64,000 bases of DNA from Chiloscyllium plagiosum (taxonomy: Eukaryota). Position numbers and translations under genes: made by a program. Every line of letters begins with the position of its first letter. Position 1 is the first letter of the stretch. Below are positions 48,197-60,373 of this stretch, in pieces. The stretch covers positions 21,915,066-21,979,065 of the forward strand of contig NC_057718.1 of NCBI RefSeq assembly GCF_004010195.1, read 5' to 3'. The notes under the pieces are model-generated. The model saw only the letters and a program-made list of their open reading frames with translations, had not been told where the DNA came from and searched no databases.

Positions 48197-48326
48197 TGTC
48201 TTCCTTTTCTTCTGGGAGCTTTGCTAAGTAACGCAAAATATTGATGAAGCTCTGTAGCTGCTCCTGAGCACTGAACTCGCAGCAAACAGCAATCCAAAAC
48301 TCAACATCTCTTTCTACAGCAGCTTC
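48197..48326 (-). CDS. HEATR1: HEATR1 exon
   Basis: EAAVERDVEFWIAVCCEFSAQEQLQSFINILRYLAKLPEEKED; cag/gtgag. Confidence 0.95.
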
Positions 48327-48599
48327 CTGTCAGTAGGAGAAAAAAAATACAGAACTTTGTTGGAATGCAAAGTAAAATCTAATTCATAAATGATTATTTC
48401 AGAAAACAGAAATACAATTTGGAACTATCGGGGGCAGAGAAAGTGGGAGGAGGAGAGTTCAATGATGCTTCTTGAAATTATCTTTTCAACTTTGGGCAAG
48501 TAAAGTCTTTTACTGACAGGCTTAATTTTCATGCACCACTCTCTAATATCTGCCAATATGACTGTTAAAATCCATGGGGAAATTGCTTGAAATCCCACT

Positions 48600-49030
48600 G
48601 CATTGTGTAAAGTTGTAATATTGTCTGTTCTGTACAGCTGCTTGATTTGCAGTCCATCCACAAATAATCATTCCTACCATCATTGACATTCAGGAACTGC
48701 AGCGAGTGTGAGCTATATAATGCACTGCAAAAATTCACCAAGGTTCCTTAGGCAGCATCTTTCAAACACATGACTACTACCATCTAAAAGGACAACAGCA
48801 CCAGAAATATGGAAACACCACCACCAGCAAGTTCCCCTCCGAGTCACTATTCCTTCAGGGTCCCTGGATCAAAATCCTCCAACTCCCTCCCTAATAGCAT
48901 TGTCGGTCTACCTACAGTACATTGACTTCAGCAGTTCAAGAAAGCAGCTCACCACCACCTTAAAGGCACTTAAGAGATGGGCAAAAAATATTGGTCCAGC
49001 AAATGCTGCCCCTAATCCCATGAATGTATT
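48600..49030 (+). mobile_element. Old LINE (L2/CR1-group) 3' end
   Basis: ctccctccctaatagcattgt..cagcagttcaagaaagcagctcaccaccacctt..gatgggcaaaaaat; tail resembles that of SINE 16530. Confidence 0.6.
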
Positions 49031-49289
49031 AAACAAAAGTACAGAAACAAAGAGTTATTAATTACAAGTTGCCATGAAACCAGATTTTCAAATTTCCATT
49101 TGCAAATTTCTCACAATTAAGTTCCTTTCTTTAGTCTGAAATTTTAATTGATAAACTTCACAGACAAACTCATCAACATTAAATATTACTTTTTGTTTCA
49201 ATGGTTTCATCATCTGCAGTCAGTTCTTCTGACAATGTTTACATTCATAGCTGTACCTGTCAAAACAGGTAAATGTAAATTAAATGTAA

Positions 49290-49620
49290 ATCTGTATCTT
49301 TTTGACCACTCCACTGTCGATCAAACTGTTCAAACGAGGTGAAATATCTACCAACTCGATCCTAAGTCATTGAAGGCAGGATGCACAGTTAAATCAAACT
49401 CAGCATTGAAATCAGAATCATCCTCTGAGCTACTGCCACATTTTTCTCTAAACTTTTCTTTGGCTAAGCCATGTTGTCCGATTTCCTTATTTATCTAAAG
49501 TTCGAGCTTTTTAAATACTACTTTCATGTTCTTCTGTTTCTTCAGTAATCATTTTAAGCATCTCATCCTTATGTGATCCTGCTTTAATTTCCACTTCCAA
49601 TTTATCTGCTAACTATTCAT
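49290..49620 (-). mobile_element. Possible decayed Gypsy gag fragment
   Basis: Minus strand LADKLEVEIKAGSHKDEMLKMITEE ... PAFN..YFTSFEQ, broken frames. Confidence 0.3.
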
Positions 49621-50352
49621 TATAGAGACTCAAGTCCAGAGAAATTATACCACATTAGGTGCAGGAACACAAAGGGACAAAGTGGCAGTTACCAGGAACC
49701 TCAACTGTGTTTTCTGTTTGAAGATATTTTCTGGTGTTTGCAGCCTTGTCCAGCTGCTCCCTCTGCCTGGGCAAAATCTCACCAATTGTTGATCTGACAA
49801 GTGATTGTCCATCACCAGCACTGTCCTTCACCACAGTGAATGATGGGCAGGCATCACAGAGGCACTACACTGGGGAGGAGAGGTCCGCCTCAACGCCAAC
49901 TTCTCGCCCGCAATTTCCTTCCCAATCCTTCCTGTGCCAGCAGTTAGGTGCAGCCCATGCATGCTCAGGCACTGATGTCACTGCATTTGGAATGCGATGA
50001 CACCAATGATGCATGTCCAGATCAGTCTGTGGCCTGTTGCGGTTAGCTGACAATGTGGCCCACCTCTGCACGTGCGCAGGTGTCATTTTGGCATTTGGAA
50101 TAACCATTTCATTTTCCAAAATACTTTAAGTAATACAATAAGGGAACCATATTTCAATAAAGTAGGATTTTAGGTACTGAAAACAGATAATTGGTTTAGA
50201 AAAACTTTTTGATTCATGTCAATCCTCTTCGTCTTCCTCACTCAATCCTTCTGTTTCAGGACCATGGGAGGATAAGCTATCTATACTTTAGTACTCAAGT
50301 GCAGACTAATTCCTGATAGTTAGCTATCCACTTTGAAAAACCTGGTCTTTAC

Positions 50353-50583
50353 CTTTTCATTGTTGGTTGCTGAAGTAGTAGCCTTGGTCACATGCTGCTC
50401 AAAAAGAAGCAACAGGAGAGTCCAAAGGAAGCGTTCCGCACTCACTGTGTTGACGAGCTGTGAAAGGATAGGTACTCTCCTGTGCTCGGGTACATGTGGC
50501 ATAGCATCTACAAACACATGGATGATTTTTGTAACAACATTTTCCACATTCTGCTTCGTTTCTGCAGAACCTTCATCATCAGC
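50353..50583 (-). CDS. HEATR1: HEATR1 exon
   Basis: ADDEGSAETKQNVENVVTKIIHVFVDAMPHVPEHRRVPILSQLV...TNNEK; cag/gtaaa. Confidence 0.96.
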
Positions 50584-51984
50584 CTGCACAAAAAAAACCA
50601 AATATAAACAAGAAGCCAAAATCACAAAAAGAAAACAAGCTTATTTATAGCACAGTGAATGATGGTACTCAGTCTCCATCTGTAACTTTGCCTTTTTCCT
50701 TTAAACAACTGATTTTAAAAATAGTGCCACCCCACCCACTGACCCCATGGAATCAATACTTGTTAAGATAAGCAACACATTACACAACATGTTACCATCT
50801 TTATCAGGAAAAAAACAGTGAAATAGGAGTCAGTAATGCCGTGAAATTTCTTAACTTAAATGATCTATCTTTAAATTATCACTCCTAACCAACATCACAG
50901 ATGAAACATAATCTGGGTTTTATCACATTGGTATTTACAAGAGTTTGTTATGCATGTATTGGTTGCTACAGTTCCTAAAGTGACAATACTTCAAAATGTT
51001 CTTCATTGGTTATAAAGCTTGGAAGTTGCGACATAAATAGAAGGTTTTTTTATATACATTTTATTCACTACATAAAACGATCTCAAGGATTGCTTCCAAC
51101 CACTTGCAGTTTGGAATAACCATTGCATGAGTTGGCAACAGGGCTACCAGTTCTAGAAATACATCACATCAATAAACAATAACTATTCTGCAGCAGAACC
51201 AACCAAAAAATATTACATCTATCTCCAATACTATTTCCTAGGTTTTCAAGTTTTACTCAACAAAAATTATTTTTGCCAGTGTAAGGACAACAGTATGCAT
51301 AATTATAAGCATTGCCACCACAGACTACTATTTTGTAGTTATAAAGCACCTAAGTGGCATTGAATAAGTATCTGGGGCTCTGGCAGCTTCTTAATGAGTT
51401 TATCTGTAAGACTTCATTGCCATAAAGCTTATTACTTGAATTCCCTTCCTGAAGATACTGATTTCCTTATGGGAAAGTTGTCCTACAGGTACCAATTATT
51501 TTTCTGGTTCTTCACCAACATGCGCAATATTGACACAACAGTAAATATCAATGAGCTTTCTAACAGCAGAAGACACCGCAATTAAGCTCAATCCTGTGAT
51601 CATGAAGACCTATTTACAATAGGCACTGTTGTCTTGCCATCAAAGCAAATTCTTCCCTTCCAAATCTTGGGATGGTCAATTATAATATTCCACTGATACT
51701 GTGGAGCCAAAGAGAGATCAGAAAGTGGACCACAACAGTACACACAGAGTCCAATGTCAATATACAGGAATTGTAAGGTAATTGTACTGGAGGCATACAG
51801 CATGGCTTTGACAATTAAAACTCTAATAACACTTAAAGAGAATAATCCTATTGAAAAAGATGACATTTCAAAAGAAAATTGTCAAAATAACCTAGAGAAA
51901 AGATGGCATTTTAAAAAAAAAATCTTATGACAAGAGGTGGATACAGATCTAGTGGTAATTTTCAAAAGACAACTACAGAGGAAC

Positions 51985-52217
51985 TAGGAGAAAGTGAGGA
52001 CTGCAGATGCTGGAGATCAGAGCTGAAAACTGTGCTGCTGGAAAAGCGCAGCAGGTCAAGCAGTATCCAAGGAGCAGGAGAATTGAAGTTTCGGGCATAA
52101 GCCCTTCTTCAGGAATGAGGAAGGTCATTCCTGAAGAAAGGCTTATGCCCGAAACATCGATTCTCCTGCTCCTTGGATGCTGCCTGGCCTGCTGCGCTTT
52201 TCCAGCAACACAGTTTT
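51985..52217. mobile_element. Palindromic PLE-terminus element with 15-bp TSD
   Basis: Arms 52025-52118 and 52125-52218 with spacer ggaagg; caactacagaggaac at 51970-51984 and 52218-52232; CTGAAGA..GAAAC cores on both strands. Confidence 0.92.
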
Positions 52218-52223
52218 CAACTA

Positions 52224-52376
52224 CAGAGGAACCTCGATTATCCAGCATTCGTTTATTTGGATTATCTGAACAAGATCGTATGCTCCCGATGCTTGGCTAC
52301 ACTATGTTACCCGGCATTCGATTAACAGAACGAAGTAGTTCCCGCCCAGGTCCTTCGGATAATCGAGGTTCCTCTG
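52224..52376. mobile_element. Tc1/mariner (pogo/Tigger-like) MITE
   Basis: TA|cagaggaacctcgattatcc...ggataatcgaggttcctctg|TA; perfect 20-bp TIR. Confidence 0.92.
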
Positions 52377-52444
52377 TATAAGCACATACACTCAAAATGG
52401 GAAAATATACAGGACAAATACGGAAAAAGTATTTTTAGGAAGTT

Positions 52445-52752
52445 ATGAGATGTGGGCATTGCTAGCCAGGCTAGCTTTCATAGCCTATCCTAACGTCCAG
52501 AGGGCAGTTAAAAGCCAGGCATTTATGATGGATTTGCAATCACATGTAGGCCAGGCCAGGTAAGGATACCAAATTCCTTCCCCAGATGACATTAGTGAAT
52601 CAAATGGGCTTTTACAACAAACAACAATGGGTAGTCTAGCTTTTCTTTTACAGCTTTTTAGCAGTGGCGTGGTTTGAACTCATGCCCCACAATATTAGAC
52701 TGGGGTTCGGGATTACTAGTCCAGTGCATTACAACTAAGACACCATCTCCCC
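52445..52752 (-). mobile_element. Old SINE (family of 16530-16832)
   Basis: ccaggccaggtaagga..attccttcccc..gacattagtgaa..tttgaactc is the reverse complement of motifs in the 16530 copy. Confidence 0.65.
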
Positions 52753-52869
52753 CTTAACCTACATTAATTACATACTTGTTTTAAAGAGCCAGCAGAGGAA
52801 TGATGAGCTGAAGTCTCCTTTTGTATTGTATGATTATACATAAAAGACTGCCTGTTTATCATGTGTTTG

Positions 52870-53272
52870 CCATGGTTAGGCTGGGAGCAGTCTGTCTCTG
52901 AAGTCAGAAGGTTATCAAGTATTCAAGTCCCATTGTAGGACTTACAACTCAAAAATCTAGCTGAAACTCCAGTTCAGAACTCCGGAACTGCTGGAGGTGA
53001 CAGCTTCTAGACAAATCATTAAACTGAAATCCTACCTTGCCTCTCATGTAAACATAAAAGATGAAATGCCATCCTCACCAATAATTATCTCCTAACCAAA
53101 ATCACAAATGAAAAATGATGTGGGTTTTATCATATTGGTGCTTACCAAGACCTTGTTGTGCATATATTGGTTACTGCATTTTGTATCTTAAAAAAGTGAC
53201 AATACTTCAAAATATTCCTCATTGGCTATAAAGCATGAAAATTGCTACATAAATACAATTCATTCTTTTTAT
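52870..53272 (+). mobile_element. Ancient DeuSINE-like (SacSINE1/AmnSINE-type) element
   Basis: B-box-like ttcaagtccc head; 3' part gtgacaatacttcaaaa..cattggctataaagc..gctacataaatacaa resembles the remembered DeuSINE tail. Confidence 0.55.
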
Positions 53273-54024
53273 ATAAACACACCACTTTGTACATAAGCTT
53301 ATACAGTTATGAAGCTAGTGTATGAAAACCAATTTGTCTTGATTGTGCAGATAAATGGTAATTTTATGAATTACTAGTACAGCTGACTTTTTGCAACACC
53401 CCTACAATTCCTTAGAAGCTAGAAAACAGGAAAATGAAACATTAACTACCTTCCTCAAAAGTACTGCCAGAAGCAGATACCTGCATCCCAATGAATTCTC
53501 ATATGCCAAGCTACAAATAAATGTACTGTATATGAACTAACAAGACTTTGTAATTCAGTGATGCGCGCAAATATTCAAATATTTGTTACAGATTTCTCCT
53601 GACTCCTCTGACTCTGTCAGCTGTAGTTAGGGGCCAGAGGGTTTATTAAACTACACTCTTGCATGCTATGTAAATAAGCTTGGATAGTGAACATTAATAG
53701 GCTGTGTCTTCAGTTTCTACTTTAGCTGAATTGACAATTCTGATGAATATCTGTTAGCAGTAGCTAAACCAGGCATTGCTGAGATCATAGTTGGGATAAA
53801 TAGAAATAATCCAAAGATTAGTTATGAAGATTTTAAGTGACAGGCTGTAACTATTTCCTTTGACAGCTTGTTTCACAAAAGGATTGTCCTTCGGAAGGAA
53901 GATTGTTGATATACCACTGATGATTTCAACAGCCACAGCTAACTCCATCTTTACTCCTTACTGCATAGGGAGAATTCTTTCTTCACACAGTAAAAACAAA
54001 ACAAAAAACTTCACCATGACTTAC

Positions 54025-54153
54025 TTGAATAAGTGCTGGGATTACGGTCTGTACTGTCTTATTTATCACCTGGAAACTATAGCTATCATCCAGTCGCATC
54101 ACATTCGCACCCATGAAAGTAAAAATCGGCATGATATTATGGAGAACCTTGTC
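54025..54153 (-). CDS. HEATR1: HEATR1 exon
   Basis: DKVLHNIMPIFTFMGANVMRLDDSYSFQVINKTVQTVIPALIQ; tag/gtaag. Confidence 0.97.
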
Positions 54154-54779
54154 CTACAAAATAAATGCAAACAGAAACAAATCAAAAATCAAAGTATAGT
54201 CTGCAGTAATCAAAGAGATCAATGAAGTTAGGAGACAAAACACAGTCAAGGAGCATCACAAATACTGAGTGTTTAATGCATTAGTATTTGACAAAAATGC
54301 CAGGAATTATAATTGGAAAGTGGACTGTATAAATACTTTAGGAATAGAGAAAGCAACTAAAATTACATGAGAATCTAATTATGGACATCTGTACTTTTAA
54401 AATCCATACAAGTTGGAGATGCATATAGGAAAAGAATATAAAGGCCCTATGTCCTTCCTCTCCAACATTCACCAAACTGCGAATGCATGTTATCCCAATG
54501 CTCTCAGTGTATCTCGTAATACTGCTGTATCCCAAGACCCCGTCTCCGTACCCCAGAACCTAGAACTGTCAAGAAAGTTAGTAAATCGGTATCCCTCATA
54601 ATATCCTTAGAAGAAAGTTGCATTTATTTAACGTAACATGAGAACTTAGCTCTTATAAAAACCCTGATTCAACATAAGCTGAATCACAGGAAATTTGCTG
54701 ACAGACAATATCTTCCAAAACGATTCAAAAAACCTTTGAAAATATTCCCAATTCCTCAATTGTAACAGGTTGCACTTAC

Positions 54780-54901
54780 AGGAAAAAATCCAGCAGCAGC
54801 ACCCAGGAGCAGTAATGCATGATGGTGAGTCTGAGGCATATTAGAACCTCTGACACATTGAACAATTAGCTCCACGTTAAACTTCTCTTCATCAAGGACA
54901 T
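54780..54901 (-). CDS. HEATR1: HEATR1 exon
   Basis: (D)VLDEEKFNVELIVQCVRGSNMPQTHHHALLLLGAAAGFFP; cag/gtaag. Confidence 0.96.
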
Positions 54902-55439
54902 CTGTGAACCCAAAGTTGAAAATAAGCCTCACATAAAAGCAAAATACTATGGATACTGGAAATCTGAAACAAAAATAGAAAGTGCTGGAGAACTTCAGCA
55001 GATGCTAAGAGACCTGCTGAGTTTCTCCAGCATTTTCTCTTTTAATTTTATATATTAAAATTAAAATGAAACAACCTGCTCAAGTTTGAATATCAGTAAC
55101 ATTTCACACTTTTAAAATGATGACAAGTATCTATAAAACTAAGACATTTTATGTGCTATTAAGTTTATAGTTCATTAAATTTTAAAGATTGGAGAAAAAT
55201 TTTTGGTTATCAATTTTCTCACTCATTCTATTCAATACAATGTCCTTAGCAAGTCTTAAAGGAAGCAGGAAAACTGTGAACTTCAAAGCACATTCTAACA
55301 GAAAGGATATCACAAGCATACCTCAGATAACCATGCATGGGTATTACACAATTACTGTTGGTTAGCCATCAGGATTCTGGCTTAATGTCTCATCTCCACA
55401 GCTTATGAACACTGCAAATTGCAGCACCAACTTGGAGAC

Positions 55440-55970
55440 CTCACCACTTCCCTTGAAGTCTTTAATATCTAGAAATTTATCTGTCTCACTCTCGAATACA
55501 ATCACTGAGGCTCCAATCATCTTGGGTAGACATTGCCAAGATTCACCGGCTTCTGAGGGAAGAAATTTCTCTTTATTGCAGTTCTAAACAGTTTTCTTCA
55601 TAAGCTGAGTGTGTGTCCTTTGTCCTAGATGCTACAGCCAGGGGAGACATCCTTTGTTACATTTATCCTGTTGAGCTCTGTAAGAAGAGTGTGTGAGTTT
55701 GTGTGTGTGAGTGAGTGAGTGAGTGTGGTGTGCAAGTGAGTGAGACTGCACAGGTACATCCTTCCTTAGGTAAGGAGACTAAAACTACACACGATACTCC
55801 ACATGTGGCCTCACCAAGACTCTATACAGCTGCAGCAAGACCTCTTCATTCCTGTACCCTAACCTTCCTGCAATAAATACCCACATGCCATTCCTAAATG
55901 CCTCCTGCACCTGTATGTTAGCTTCAACTAACAAGGACAACTAGCTCTCTTTGGACATCAATACCTCCTA
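55440..55970 (-). mobile_element. Old CR1 3' fragment containing a (GT)/(GAGT) microsatellite at about 55687-55745
   Basis: Reverse CR1 motifs (ccttccttaggtaaggagactaaaactacacacgatactcc). Confidence 0.75.
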
Positions 55971-56289
55971 ACCTTAATCTTCTATGATTGTCACTCACAT
56001 TATAAGCATCACGAAAACCATGGTTTTTAAGATAGTCTCACATTTTTGCCCTTGTTTAATCTAAATAACACACTGCAGGAAGTTGTCAGCAAATTCTGCT
56101 ACCTTGGGTCCACTGTGACAGACAATTTAATGAATAATATGACACATGCATAGGGAAATCAGATGCCACTCTGGCAGATTCAAAGCATGCATGGAAACAA
56201 TATTAAGCCGATTTTTAGAACCAAAACTCTGGTTTCTGAGACCTTGTTCACGCCATTTGTTTTATGGCTGTGAAACAAGAATATTTACA

Positions 56290-56890
56290 AGAAATAAAAC
56301 ACTCAACACTCAACTTCCATCTTCACTTGCAGTACGTTCTGGACAATCTTATGGAAGGACAATATCACATATACAGCAGTCCTCTCCAAGGCAAATCTCC
56401 CAACTATTATAGCACTCATCAAGCAGAAGCGACTCTGTTGGCTTGAGCATGCTTGCAGGATTGGAAAATAGCTGCATATCTAAAGACTTTCAGTATGCCA
56501 AGGCAGCTAGAATAAGACAGCCAGCAGGATGTCCACATCTTCACTTTAAGGATGCTTACAAGCATGACATGAGGCCTGAAAAACTGATTTTTGCCCTTGA
56601 AGGACACAAACTGATGATAGAAGAAAACGTCTACACCACCTGTGGGCAGGCACATGCCATCATGACAATCAGTGGCTACAGCAGCTTGGCAACAGGTGCC
56701 AACACCAAACACAGCAATGCATAACAACCAATCACCACACTTCCTAAGTGCCATTTGTGGTATACCTTGCCTTTCACAATTGGTCTTCTCAACCATCAGC
56801 ACAGAGTGCATCATATGAAGCAATACCAGCCCCATGGATTTGATTTGCTGCATGGCCATCATCTTGTGTAGATAGAGGGACGCTGACAAC
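56290..56890 (+). mobile_element. RTE-clade LINE 3' fragment, decayed
   Basis: IKQKRLCWLEH..; ISKDFQY..RQPAGCPHLHFKDAYKHDM matches the RTE pattern RLRWLGH..IPKDLLYG..RPxGRPxLRxKD. Confidence 0.75.
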
Positions 56891-57775
56891 ACTATTCTTG
56901 TATGAAGTATGGTCAGTACTTATCACAAAGTATACCTCTTCATATTCCTCCTCTTTAAAACATTTATTCCTTCACTTTGAAAAGCACTGTAACTTGTACT
57001 GCTCACCACCCCATGAAGGACAGGCTTGTTATGTTTAGTATTCAGAAGTATTTAGAGAGACACTCAAGATTTATCTGTTCTCAAAGGAGCAGGTAAGAAT
57101 GGTATTTTTAAAAGCTCACTGGCTTCAAAATGACACACTCACACCAGATGTCAATCCTTTGTGGGAGACCTGCCAGAACCTTAATACCACAGGATACAGT
57201 TGAGGATTTGCCAACTAGATTGGTTTAATGTTGGGACCTGAGTAAGTTGAGGGGATTCTAGATGCTGCAATTTACTAAAGACTTCCAGATAACCCTGAAA
57301 GACAATGACCCAACAGGTTGGGTGGTCCTATTTGGGGAAAAAAGGAAGGTAACAAGATCCCCGTGCTGATATGCCATGCTGCTTTAGCTGTAAAGTGTAA
57401 AGAACTGCTTGACAGTATTCACACATCACAGTTTCTTGCCAACTTAAAACCAAATTCTCTGGGGCCTTTAGAAGATATTGCAAGTAAGCAGAAGCTATAC
57501 TTGTGTGGATTCTTCAAAATATCAGTTTGAAGACTCTATCACGATGGCATGCTTCCAGCTGATCAAATATAACCAGTTCTCATTATGTTTTCATCTTTCT
57601 CACGATATCTCAAATTTGCATACAGAAACTTTATTTTTAGAAAAGCAAAGAAGCCCACTTTGTAATTGCAAATGTTTTTGATTCTGCATCATATTCACTT
57701 AAAACCAATCTGAAATAATATGCAATGATAGCAGAACAAACATACGGTTCAGACAAACTGTTACATTCTTCATAC

Positions 57776-57894
57776 CTTTGCTGATCCTTGTACCATCTGG
57801 TGATAGCTTTTGACAGAGGTTGAGTAAACAACTGAGGATCAGCTGCTTTGTGTACTCCAGGCTGCCATCCTCAGACAGTGATGGATCCAGGCAC
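57776..57894 (-). CDS. HEATR1: HEATR1 exon
   Basis: (R)CLDPSLSEDGSLEYTKQLILSCLLNLCQKLSPDGTRISK; tag/gtatg. Confidence 0.96.
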
Positions 57895-57984
57895 CTAAGT
57901 TATAACAATGATTAACTGTTATACTCATGCAGAATTTTCTTAATGGTAGCCAAATGTGCAGCCATTCCACTTCCATACACAAAT

Positions 57985-58715
57985 TAATATAACCTTTATT
58001 GAGCTTAGTTGAAACACTGCAACAGGCTCAGGATGGAAATATTAACATGGGAGCAAGGATATGTATTGAAGTGGCAGACAGTTGGAAGGTCAAGTTCATT
58101 TCTATGGACAGAGTTCAGGTGTTCTGCAAAGCCACCCAGTCTGTCAGTCATCTCACTAAAGTAAAGGAGACTATATTATGAGTAGACTAGTTTGAAAGAA
58201 GTACAAGTAAACAGCTGCTTCATCTTGAAGGTGTGTTTGGGACGTTGGACAGTGAGGAAGGTGTGATACATCTTCTGTGATTGCAATGCCAGTGCCCACG
58301 TGAGGAATGTTGAGAACAATGGCGGATTGGATTAGATGTTGGGGAGGGAATAGTCTCTACGGAATGCTGACAATTTGGGAGGGTTGGCGAAGAGATGTTG
58401 GAGGTGGCATCCTGCTGAGGTGGCTTAAATGGCAGAGGATGATCCTTTGAATGTGGGGTAGAAGGTGAGGACATGGGGAACTCTATCACCGATATGGGAA
58501 TGTGGGGAAGGGGTGAGAGGGGAAAGGGTGAGAGGAGAAGGCTAAGGCTCTGTCAGGTTAGTTTTTTTGGGGAGAAGAGATGAGATCATGTCAGTCACCT
58601 CTGTGAAAAGTGACATTATGAGAACAGATGTGATGGAAGTACTGAGAGAATAGTTAGATTCTGATGAAAGATGCTGCCTGACCTGATAAATATTTCCAGC
58701 ATCTTCTCTTTTTAT
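57985..58715 (-). mobile_element. Decayed Neptune-like PLE fragment with terminal-repeat remnant
   Basis: Reverse similarity to 45086-45500 (QQDATS, CNHRRC); ctgatgaaagatgctgcctgacctg at about 58660. Confidence 0.65.
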
Positions 58716-58789
58716 TATGTCAAACCTACGGTTATTTCAAAACAGCTGAGTTTGTATTTGTCTCTGCATCATTGATGCCTTATTCTTGA

Positions 58790-59270
58790 GAATGGATAAT
58801 ATTTGATAATACGTTAGGCTGCATTTTGCCTCGCTGGTGAGTTTTAGTTATGAAAAGAATCTGTATAGATTGGGGATGTTTGCCTTGATGCAGAAGGGAC
58901 TGATGGGGAAGATAATTGAGATGTATGAAATTATGAGTGGCATAGTAAGGGCAGACAGGAAGTAACTTTTTTTTCCTGATGGAGGAATCAATGACTGGGG
59001 CTTAAATTTATGGTCAGGGCAGGAAGTTTAGACAGAATATGAGGAAATATTTTTCACCTAGAGAGTGGATGGCATTTGGAACTCATTGTCTCTAAGGATG
59101 GGAGAAGCAGAAACCTTCAGGACATCTAAAAGGTACTTAGATAGGCATTTGCAATGCCAAGACCTTCAAATCTCTGGGCCAAGTGCTGAAAATTAAGAAT
59201 ACTTAAGTGCTTGTTTTTGACCATTGCAGGATTGATGGGCTGAGGGGCCTCTTTCTCAGCTGTTAGTCTC
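58790..59270 (+). mobile_element. Old CR1 3' end
   Basis: attgagatgtatgaaattatgagtggcatag..ttttcacctagagagtg..gatgggctgaggggcct. Confidence 0.75.
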
Positions 59271-60220
59271 TAAAACTCTTTGCTGCAGTACCAAGTTCTG
59301 ACCTCTGGGTGGCAGTGTGAAACTACACTTTGACTTTTTTCTTGCTTGGTGAAACACCAAGTGGCTGTAATCAGGAATTACAATGTCTTGTCCATAACAG
59401 CAGTAAAGAAATTTAAATCCTCGCACTCCAAAGAAATGAGATGGATGATATAAGAAATGAAACATTGTTTAGAAATCTAAAATCTCAAATCAAGTGAGAG
59501 AGTAAACATTTAATGGCTCAAGATAACCAGGCGGTGTTCCTAATCCATTTGCTGCAGTGGACATAAATATTCACTTTTGCCAATTAAAACTAATCATGCA
59601 GGAAACATAAAATGGCTTAATTCTTTCGTCCCAATTTATATTCCTTCAGATTCTGTAGTCACAAGGAACCCATTACTCCACTGGAGTACGTAATTCAGTT
59701 CACAGCACCCCACCATTCCATATCTTCTGTGCAAAATCCGAGGATAGTAAGAAAGCACAATTTACTTTAGGAGGTGACTTAAGTGTTTCCTTTATAGACT
59801 TTCCCAGCTATTACTGTGTGAAGGTCACAAAATCCCATCTGGTCCATTCTTCTATGAAGGTCTACTATTCCCCAACAAATCTCTTGAATGATTCCAGAGA
59901 TATTGCCTCTGTTACCACATCCAGAAAACCACGAGTGAATTTGCTTTTTACTGACATGTGCCTATCCCAATGTTTATTGTCATGGTGGGAGCTGAAATAG
60001 TACTCTGTGAAGACATTATGCAACAATGGACTGCTTGTATAGCAGTCATGGAGCTCTGATTAGGGGCAAGAACTCTGGTGAAGTTCCCCTCTTACTCTAT
60101 CCAGGAGAAATAAAGCACCTCAATCAGTATCACAGCTGAAAGATGAGCACACTAGGGGTTTTATTGTATATCTTCCAGTCTAGTACCAAGGCAAAATCGT
60201 CAATATGCTCAACCTAATAC

Positions 60221-60373
60221 CTGGACAGAAGGCTGAAGAGGGTCGGAACCAGAACCTGAGGATTTTTGAGTTTCTTCTTATGCTGCAACAATTCCATGAT
60301 GAGTATGGCTCTCTGCCAGTTAATTTTGCCTGTTGAAAAATCAGGTTCTTCATTCTTCAAATCTTGGATTTTC
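60221..60373 (-). CDS. HEATR1: HEATR1 exon
   Basis: (R)KIQDLKNEEPDFSTGKINWQRAILIMELLQHKKKLKNPQVLVPTLFSLLS; aag/gtatt. Confidence 0.94.

Noticed and set aside
49720..50110. GC-richer block in a HEATR1 intron
   Set aside because: Probably an unclassified repeat; no termini, coding motif or second copy found to support a call.
57121..57300. Apparent HEATR1 exon with a gtgagt donor near 57142
   Set aside because: Exons 57776-57894 and 54780-54901 already join in frame with continuous HEATR1 similarity.
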